A stretch of 64,000 bases of DNA. Source: Nitrospirota bacterium. Its GTDB lineage: Bacteria; Nitrospirota; UBA9217. The notes under the pieces are model-generated. The model was not told the DNA's origin and made no database searches. It saw only the letters and a list, made by a program, of their open reading frames with translations. Position numbers and translations under genes: made by a program. The stretch spans positions 32,001 to 96,000 of the forward strand of contig CAVWHO010000007.1 in NCBI GenBank assembly GCA_963754875.1, given 5' to 3'. Below are positions 9,978 to 17,215 of this stretch, piece after piece; position 1 is the stretch's first letter; every line of letters starts with the position of its first letter.

Positions 9978-10916
9978 TTAATACACGAACGATACCCCAA
10001 AAAAAGTACGGTCTTCGAACCGATCGAACCGGAGCAGGGTCTCGTCGTACCCGTGCCAGTATTGGATATAAGGCGTGAAGTTGAGCCAAGGGACCTTCTG
10101 CACGTACTGCAGTTCCAGATTGTCCTTCCCCCCGAACCGCGAGGAGACCTCGATCCGGTTTCCCCAGTCGTCCCCATGGACAATGACGTCCCGGAAAATC
10201 AACCTGGCTTCCCCGTATCCTTCATACCCGAGAAAGGTTTTGTTGCTGCCAATCGTCTGGAGATAGGTAGTTTCATCGGAGTACCCGTAAGCATGCCAGA
10301 CCTTTAAAAATAACTCGATCCGGTCCTTCGGCGCTGATTCGTCTGGGCATCGTTCTTCAATGGGAAAGAACCCCAGACGGACCGCAGCGTACAGCCGGTT
10401 CCAGCCCCGGGACAGGGTGCCCGCCAAACCGTTCGACTCATGCTCATAGGGACTCAGAATGATATCCCGCAGGGAAGCCGCACCCCGGGAAACATTTGCC
10501 TGGTAATCAAAAAACGCCTCAGGATTGTAGTTGCTCTCCTCGAAGGGCATGGAAGGCTGGCCCACGTTCCAGAGCGATTTTTGAGAATAAGCCAGGTACA
10601 GGGACAGGGGATGGTCCAAAAGGAAAACATCACGGTTAAAAAATTTGTATTTCACGCTGAACTGGAACTTGACCTGGGCGTTATCGTTGTCCGGAAAGCG
10701 ATTCAGCGTGAAGTAATTGATCTTGTACGCGCTGATCGGCGACGGCCTATTGCATTCCTTGTCAACAGTGCCCTCTTGCGTCCCCGAGGCGCTTTGTGAA
10801 GAAACCTGAGAAGTATCGGCTTGTGCAATGGCGTGTGCGGCGATGGCGGCAAAAAAAACACAGAGCGCGATGGACAGTACAAGTGTTCTTTCGATTCGAC
10901 TCATTACTTTCGGCAT
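9978..10916 (-). CDS. pldA: Outer-membrane phospholipase A (OMPLA family)
   Basis: Signal peptide, KFQFSVK, YSQKSLW, NYNPE, catalytic HESNG and SRGWNR motifs. Confidence 0.88.
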   Translation of the reverse strand: MPKVMSRIERTLVLSIALCVFFAAIAAHAIAQADTSQVSSQSASGTQEGTVDKECNRPSPISAYKINYFTLNRFPDNDNAQVKFQFSVKYKFFNRDVFLLDHPLSLYLAYSQKSLWNVGQPSMPFEESNYNPEAFFDYQANVSRGAASLRDIILSPYEHESNGLAGTLSRGWNRLYAAVRLGFFPIEERCPDESAPKDRIELFLKVWHAYGYSDETTYLQTIGSNKTFLGYEGYGEARLIFRDVIVHGDDWGNRIEVSSRFGGKDNLELQYVQKVPWLNFTPYIQYWHGYDETLLRFDRFEDRTFFGVSFVY

Positions 10917-11405
10917 CCTTTCTTATCGATCAAACCAGCGAATAGTTAAACCATGCGAAGCAGGTAAATACATGACAAAGGACCCGAGTCTATGGGGACC
11001 TGATTTGATTGACGGCAACCGTTCGTGCGCCCTGCACACGGGCATTGCCCGATCAAGCACTGTGCGGGAGTGGCCGCCTAAACTCTTTCAGCGCCTGCTG
11101 CTACTAAGGTCGGCCACAAGCTGAAGCAAGGTAGACGTGATTGAAAGCCGACTTTGTACCTGAAGAAAGCCACATAACCGCGCACTGATATCACTGGAAA
11201 AACGGGGGCCGTTCCACTATCTACCATATGGGTTGTCGGGGAGCAGTCCCCTTTTGTCTTGTCCTTGCCTCGCGTATACATTCAATTCCATTATTGCCCG
11301 CATCCTCCCTTATCGATTAAACTATCAGTAGGTCAGACCTGCGCAGTGGATGCATGCCATGATAAAGGCCCTGCCCCTGCAAGGTTCCTCTTCACTCTTC
11401 GCCAT

Positions 11406-11870
11406 TCAAGGCTTGCCCACGATCTGAAGCGTCCTCGCGTCCCGTTTGCCCTGGTAATACTTGTCAAGGACGCGCTCGAAGGCCGAACCCGGACCTGACA
11501 CGAGCTCGAACAGGGTCATGGAAGATTGAAGTTTCCAGTCGTCGGGGTGGCCGAAAATATCCGCAGCCGATAGCCCAGAAACAGCCAGGACCGCTTCCGC
11601 GCACTCAACGAGCCGTGCCCCGAGAACAGGGTGAGCAAGATACTGCCGCGCCTCTTCCAGGCTTTTGATGGAATACTGCCGTGTGGTGGGGCTGTGCCCC
11701 AGCCCGTCGATCTGCGGGAATATGTACCACATCCAGTGCGTGCGCTTCAGGCCGCCCCGCAGCTCGGCAAGGGCGCGGTCATAGACCCCTTCCTGAGCGC
11801 TGATAAAGCGGTTCAGATCATGGGGAGCGCCACGATCGGATGCGCTGTCACCTTGTATCATGCCGGTCAC
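11406..11870 (-). CDS. DUF1810-family protein
   Basis: DLNRFISAQ, HWMWYIFPQ, HPVLGARL and SSMTLF motifs. Confidence 0.88.
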   Translation of the reverse strand: MTGMIQGDSASDRGAPHDLNRFISAQEGVYDRALAELRGGLKRTHWMWYIFPQIDGLGHSPTTRQYSIKSLEEARQYLAHPVLGARLVECAEAVLAVSGLSAADIFGHPDDWKLQSSMTLFELVSGPGSAFERVLDKYYQGKRDARTLQIVGKP

Positions 11871-11890
11871 CCTTCAGCTTCACTCTTCTC

Positions 11891-11910
11891 ACTTCTCACT
11901 TCAAACTTCA
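11891..11910 (+). repeat. 20-bp direct repeat, copy 1 (ACTTCTCACTTCAAACTTCA)
   Basis: Exact second copy at 12440-12459. Confidence 0.8.
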
Positions 11911-11958
11911 ACGCATATCGCCCTTGACAGCAAGGTTAATAATCGGTACTATTCATTC

Positions 11959-12156
11959 ATGAAAATGCAGACGCAATATATAACCGACGAGAAAGGGAAA
12001 AAGAAAGCCGTTATCCTCGGCATCAAAGAGTATGAAAGGCTCATGCATGCCCTTGAAGAGCTGGAAGATAAGCGGGCCTTCGTCTCCGTTGTCCAGGAAA
12101 AATCCATCCCCTACGGTGAAATTGAATCACGCCTGAAGAAATCAAAGCGACTCTGA
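11959..12156 (+). CDS. Type II antitoxin
   Basis: QYITDEKGKKKAVIL..EYERL...LEELED pattern. Its TGA overlaps the start of a RelE-like gene. Confidence 0.8.
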   Translation: MKMQTQYITDEKGKKKAVILGIKEYERLMHALEELEDKRAFVSVVQEKSIPYGEIESRLKKSKRL

Positions 12157-12407
12157 TGTATACGCTCCTCGCCAAGCCGACCGTCGAGAAAGACTTGCGC
12201 GCCATTCGCGCCGAGGACCTCGCGGGCCTGAACGATAAAATCAAGTCTCTCGCCGAACAGCCCCGGCAGCACAAAACCGAAAAGCTCAAAGGCGTCGAGG
12301 GGTATCGCCTCCGCGTCGGACGATATCGGATTCTCTATGACATCGACGACCATACCAAAACCGTAACCATCTACCGCGTACAACACCGCAAAGAAGTCTA
12401 TCGTTGA
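12156..12407 (+). CDS. RelE/ParE-family toxin
   Basis: KLKG..GYRLRVGRYRILY.IDD...VTIYRVQHRKEVYR. Confidence 0.92.
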   Translation: MYTLLAKPTVEKDLRAIRAEDLAGLNDKIKSLAEQPRQHKTEKLKGVEGYRLRVGRYRILYDIDDHTKTVTIYRVQHRKEVYR

Positions 12408-12439
12408 GCATTAGCTCCCGACTCTAAATTGTCCTTCAT

Positions 12440-12459
12440 ACTTCTCACTTCAAACTTCA
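12440..12459 (+). repeat. 20-bp direct repeat, copy 2
   Basis: Identical to 11891-11910. Confidence 0.8.
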
Positions 12460-12620
12460 CCCTTGTCCTTTTACCCTCTCCACGCCGGGACAAAAAGCAC
12501 GCTGAGAACATACGTCCGAAACCTATGAGTTACCATACAGCAGCCTTTTTTCATGGGTCTGTATGATAACTGCCATAGGAGATTTGCTGTCCCTGGCCTG
12601 TGTGGATAATTACCCTCTTT

Positions 12621-12932
12621 CTATACCTCCTGCAGCACTTTGAGCGTTACGCTCTCGGCCATGTCCTTCACCTTTTCCCGGTAAGCCAGCATATGGGGCG
12701 CGCCGAGATGGGCCTGGAGCGCTTCCAGGCTCTCCCACCGCTCAAGAAGGGTGACGCAATTCTTATCGAAGACCTGCGGCGGCAGTTTCGAGTCTACGTC
12801 GATCGTGGGGATATATTCCATGCATCCCTTTTCCTTTCGAACTGCGTGCATATTGGCCTTAAGGATCGCAAGATAATCGGAAAGCTTTCCTGTCTTTACC
12901 CGAATTGAAGCTATGACGTTGATCATGACCAT
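12621..12932 (-). CDS. ABM-domain putative quinol monooxygenase
   Basis: EKGCMEY and ERWESLEALQAHL..PHM motifs. Confidence 0.85.
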   Translation of the reverse strand: MVMINVIASIRVKTGKLSDYLAILKANMHAVRKEKGCMEYIPTIDVDSKLPPQVFDKNCVTLLERWESLEALQAHLGAPHMLAYREKVKDMAESVTLKVLQEV

Positions 12933-13061
12933 CTCCTCATTTGATAATTTGAGAAACGGATGTTACGCGCGGGACGAATCCCTGAGATTTAAACTTGTCT
13001 TTTCATCTCTTGTGAATAAAAGCAACGTAGGAAACAACGCAAGATGTTCCGCTGTAGCTTC

Positions 13062-13488
13062 CTATTTAGGATAGACCGTCAGACCGAGACTTCTGAAATC
13101 ATTGTCAAAGGTCAGGCAGGACATATTATCAAGCAGACCGGTGATTATTACGAAAGAGAGCGCATCACAGTAGGACAGTTTTTTGTCCTTTGAAAGCTTT
13201 TTGAACACTTCTTCCGCGGCACGAACCGGAGTAGAATCATCATACCGTACGATCGCCAGGGACGGCTTTATCACATCCAGAAACTGAACCGCCGTCTTAT
13301 AGCTTGCCCGATAGCGAAGAAGGGTGACGGTCTCGCTGACAACGTCCCACGTGGTATGAAGCGTGACCGCTTGCTCCTGACACTCCGCAAGGATGTCCCC
13401 GGCCCTGTCCATAGTTCGTATCTCCCGGGTAGAGCGAAGCAAAAAAGAACGACGTATCGCAAAAGGCCCTGTTCTGCGGAAAGTTCAC
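13062..13488 (-). CDS. VapC/PIN-domain toxin with an apparent +1 frameshift near 13410
   Basis: N-terminus FCDTSFFFA...DTNY in one frame. Remainder (SETVTLL, LSYCDALSF, TFDNDF) in another frame. One extra G at TAT-G-GAC. Confidence 0.85.
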
Positions 13489-13754
13489 GACCGGTCCTCG
13501 GCCACGTAAAGGTGCGCCTTGATGTTTTCTGAAATGGGATACTTTTTCATCTTGCCTTTTTTCGCGGTTCGCTTCCTCAATGCAAGAAGCTGCTTAGCGG
13601 CTTCTCCCGGTTTGACCCGGGGAGACGTCTTGATCTCCGCAACGACCTCGTCGTGTACCGTCACCTGATAGACCGTATCGGGCGCCTCTCTCAGCTTTTT
13701 TATGATACCCGGCAATTGTTTCCGGGCTTCAGATATGGATATGACCGTCTTCAT
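13485..13754 (-). CDS. Phd/YefM-family antitoxin
   Basis: MKTVISISEARKQLPGII...VTVHDEVVAEI. Overlaps the start of the PIN gene. Confidence 0.8.
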   Translation of the reverse strand: MKTVISISEARKQLPGIIKKLREAPDTVYQVTVHDEVVAEIKTSPRVKPGEAAKQLLALRKRTAKKGKMKKYPISENIKAHLYVAEDRS

Positions 13755-13779
13755 GATCGGGCCCCCAGGCAAGGTTATT

Positions 13780-13796
13780 TTGTACAAATTGTACAA
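13780..13796. promoter_or_regulatory. Tandem TTGTACAA palindromes, likely toxin-antitoxin autorepression operator
   Basis: TTGTACAA-A-TTGTACAA about 25 nt upstream of the antitoxin start. The TGTACA core matches the known YefM operator. Confidence 0.65.
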
Positions 13797-14124
13797 TCAC
13801 GTTACCATAGGGCGGAGCATTTGTCATCCAAAGATTGCCTGAACTTCGGAGACGCCCTTTGCCATTAGCGCCTGGTTTCAGTCGGTTCTCGTCTCCACGT
13901 CGCTTTATGTCGCCGTCAGTCAGTCTCACTCCTCCTCTTGACAAGATCCTTCACGCGCGTATAATCGAAACACCTGCAACGATAGCTCCGCTCTTCGTTA
14001 TATTTTTTTTCATAAGTTTTCTTAACTCACAATTCTTACTTTTTACTTTCTTTTTGGAGCCGAACCGCCTCAGGAAAATCGTAGCGAAAAATAGGGAAAC
14101 CCTGATTGTGTTCGTCCGTCAATA

Positions 14125-14412
14125 ATGATAGGTTTTGACCAATATCCTTGGCCTAATCCTGCTGACCGAGTAATGCATAATCTTGATCAAGATCACAAGC
14201 CTGATCCCTTGGAAAGAAAAATTCGCTTCGGATGCGGGTTTATCTTCGGGCTTGTCCTCGGACTCCTTGAGTTTGCGAGAACCATGTACAAATCCGTCGG
14301 CCTGGTTGCAGTGTTAACCGTTATGGCAGCTCTTGTGTGCGGCTGGCTTGCACTGAAATACGGCGACCGGTTTTGGTACGGGATATTGCAGCGTTGGCGC
14401 TGGTGGACATGA
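14125..14412 (+). CDS. Small two-TM membrane protein
   Basis: RFGCGFIFG hydrophobic segment, second TM segment, KYGDRFW tail. True start may be 14173. Confidence 0.6.
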   Translation: MIGFDQYPWPNPADRVMHNLDQDHKPDPLERKIRFGCGFIFGLVLGLLEFARTMYKSVGLVAVLTVMAALVCGWLALKYGDRFWYGILQRWRWWT

Positions 14413-14587
14413 AACTGATCGTGGGTCAAGATCGGTCGTGTCGTTTGTCCGAGTACGTTGTAGGATGAATATAAACATTAAAGACGAGACCCTGAGATCC
14501 TCTCAAGGACCCACAGTTCACTGAATGTTAATTTCTAAGTCTGATCCCAGAAGTATACACTATTGGAGCGCTGCATCAGGGAGTCTC

Positions 14588-15523
14588 ATGTCACACCGGA
14601 GTTTTTCGAAACATGTCCGTAAGACCGAGAAGAAGGATCAGCTGAAGAAAAAGCAGGACCTTCGGCCGGTGATCATCGATGGCAACGTCATTGCGCGAAC
14701 CTGGTGGGGCAAGGCTTGGAACAAGAACCTTGAATCCTACGCGGAGTACGCCAGCCTGATCACACGCGGCAGAAGCTCTCTCGGGAGTGGCGCGATCCTG
14801 GACCTCCAGGTCAGCGCCGGAGAGATCAAGGCACTGGTGCAGGGCTCCCGGGCGAAACCCTATTCGGTCTTGATCAGGATAAAAACGCTGAATAAAAACA
14901 CCTGGAACGTGGTCGCCTCCGCGTGCGAAGGGAAACTTGCGTCGCTGGAAGAGCTGCTGGACGGAAAATTTCCCAAGGCAGTCGAAGAAGCGTTCCTGCA
15001 GCTAAAGACAGGCTTGTTCCCGTCACCCAAGGAGATCGAATTTGCGTGTACCTGTCCGGACTGGGCGAGCATGTGCAAGCACACTGCAGCGACGCTTTAT
15101 GGCATTGGCGCGAGGCTCGACGAAGACCCGACGCTCTTTTTTACGCTTCGTGGTGTTGCTATGGTCGACCTGATTAAAGGTCCCGTATCGAGCACGAGGT
15201 CGGAGCTTCTCCAAAAGACTCCGCAAAAGAGTTCCCAAAGGATCGACAACGCTCACCTCTCCGCTGCGCGAGGTGCCGATTTTGAGAAAGCAACAGGTCC
15301 GGCAACATCGGCTCGCCCTGGGGGAATTCAAACACCAGAGAGTGTTCGCATGGCAGATGTGCGGAAGGTCCTCAAAAAGCAGTTGAAGATGGATATTAAA
15401 TTAGCGAAGAAGGCAGATCCTTTAAATAAGTACGGCGTGAAGAAGATCGCGGTAAAAGGACCGGCGAATGAGATCGTGAAGAAGGTTGTGAACAAGCAGA
15501 TCCGGTCCGGAAAGAAAAAGTAG
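14588..15523 (+). CDS. SWIM zinc-finger protein with Lys-rich tail
   Basis: TWWGKAW, VQGSR..PY, CTCPDWASMCKH and DP.LFF.LRG motifs. Confidence 0.88.
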   Translation: MSHRSFSKHVRKTEKKDQLKKKQDLRPVIIDGNVIARTWWGKAWNKNLESYAEYASLITRGRSSLGSGAILDLQVSAGEIKALVQGSRAKPYSVLIRIKTLNKNTWNVVASACEGKLASLEELLDGKFPKAVEEAFLQLKTGLFPSPKEIEFACTCPDWASMCKHTAATLYGIGARLDEDPTLFFTLRGVAMVDLIKGPVSSTRSELLQKTPQKSSQRIDNAHLSAARGADFEKATGPATSARPGGIQTPESVRMADVRKVLKKQLKMDIKLAKKADPLNKYGVKKIAVKGPANEIVKKVVNKQIRSGKKK

Positions 15524-15639
15524 TTGGCGCGGCTGGGTGAGCTGTTCAGAACGCGAAGAGGGGAAGATATAAACATTAACGGCCTGACCCTAAAGTCCCC
15601 GTGGTCTTTTATTGATATTAAGAATGGTGGTATGATTAA

Positions 15640-16311
15640 ATGACGGTATATAAAACAGTTGCCAAAGGTCAGATTGAAGTGTTTATAAGCTATTCGACAT
15701 TAGACAAGAAGTTTGCCACTGAGCTTAAAGAAAAAATGAACCTCTTTGGCCTGAAAGCTTTTTTGGCACATCAAGATCTGAATCCATCAGTTGAATGGCA
15801 AGATACAATATTGTCAAGTCTACGATCTTGCGATGTTTTCGTACCTATATTGACAAACAATTTTAAAAAATCATTCTGGACTGATCAGGAATCTGGAATC
15901 GCGCTTTCTCTCGGCAAGCATATACTTCCTCTTCGAATTCATGTTAACCCACAAGGATTCCTTTCTCGGTTTCAAGCATTGAAGGGTAAAAAAGGACAGC
16001 CAATAATTTCTGCCGAGCACATCCTCCAGGCTTTAGCAGGACAACCAAAATTACGGCCCCGAGTGATTAGATATCTAATAAAGGCGTTTGGTGAGAGTGA
16101 TAATTTTGTGAATTCCATCGCTATCTCAAAAGCTCTCTTATTGCTTTCCCCATTTGTGACTGCACAGCTGAGGTTAATCTTTGAGCATGCTATTTCCAAT
16201 GAGCAAATACATAATTCAAATGGAGCTGGAAATTACCTACGTCAGCTACTTAAAGCGAATAAGAAGCGTATCTCTAAGGAACAACTGAAAAAATACAAAT
16301 TGTATGCTTAG
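15640..16311 (+). CDS. TIR-domain protein
   Basis: VFISYS..DK, FLAHQDL, W...I...L..CDVFV, S.WTDQESG motifs. AT-rich relative to core genes. Confidence 0.82.
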   Translation: MTVYKTVAKGQIEVFISYSTLDKKFATELKEKMNLFGLKAFLAHQDLNPSVEWQDTILSSLRSCDVFVPILTNNFKKSFWTDQESGIALSLGKHILPLRIHVNPQGFLSRFQALKGKKGQPIISAEHILQALAGQPKLRPRVIRYLIKAFGESDNFVNSIAISKALLLLSPFVTAQLRLIFEHAISNEQIHNSNGAGNYLRQLLKANKKRISKEQLKKYKLYA

Positions 16312-16422
16312 TTTACTGCCGGTTCATTTCGAAAAAATAAGGTGTTGACGATATTACCTTAGAGACGTTGTGCCAGAAGTGAACTTAAGCAACGTAGGAA
16401 ACAACGTCCCCAAAGTTTCCTT

Positions 16423-16457
16423 GTGCAATAGTATGGACCTGACCCCAGGAAGTTCCC
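16423..16457 (+). repeat. 35-bp repeat, inverted partner at 28277-28311
   Basis: GTGCAATAGTATGGACCTGACCCCAGGAAGTTCCC matches the reverse complement of 28277-28311 at 34/35 positions. Confidence 0.85.
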
Positions 16458-17215
16458 TGCTGGAGATCAACGCGCGAAAGCTCCACGCCGCTCTTATTCA
16501 GTGAAGCCTCATAATTTCCAGGGGGCATGGCGAGGACCGCTCCTTTGACCATTGTAGTTGCGCCGCTGTCGGTTATACAGAAATCTTTAACTACCAGTGA
16601 TTTGATGACTCCCTTATACGCCGTAGCGAGCGTTCCGACGAGGTAGTTCAAATGACAGATATCCTGAGTTGTGTGGGTAACATTTATCATAGCTTCACGA
16701 TCCTTGAAACGACCCTCAATGTCACTTCTGATTGATCAAGGTCTAGGTCGTTCGTTGCGATCATGCAGGTTCAACCCTGCTTCAAAAAAGGGCACTATTC
16801 TCTATTACTAGGATAGCACCGGAGAAATGAAACCTGGAATACTGACTAGTACAGGCAGGAAAAAGTATTACAAAAACGGACCTATTTCTGATCTTGGCTG
16901 CTAAAATATGTTTGAGATACTGTCGTTCGCCAGGATAATCCGTATGTTGCCAACCAGGGGGGAGCGTTGCGCAAACATGATGCAATGAAAAGAGCTGGAG
17001 ATGTGCCTAATTGAAGGCGACGGCAAATAAAAAGAGGGGGCGCAAAAAAAGAGGTTTAAATTAAAATCTCTCAACGGGCAACTGTCGTTTACACGAAATT
17101 ACTGTATCATAGTAAATGTTAAGTGTGTCCAATCCTCAAACCCGCAGTTGTCTTCATAAATTTCTCCTTTGACGAGCGATTATACCATTTTGGGGCTAAT
17201 AATGGAGATCGGCAC

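Noticed and set aside
10920..11400. Short ORFs between pldA and the DUF1810 gene
   Set aside because: They have no RBS or motif support and overlap on both strands.
12529..12570. GTTACCATACAG...CTGTATGATAAC hairpin considered as an integron attC site
   Set aside because: Its ends are GTT...AAC rather than RYYYAAC...GTTRRRY and no integron integrase is present. It is more likely a terminator between convergent genes.
16385..16690. 101-aa minus-strand ORF
   Set aside because: It has no recognisable motif and its 3' part runs through the two repeat elements, so it is likely spurious or a fragment.
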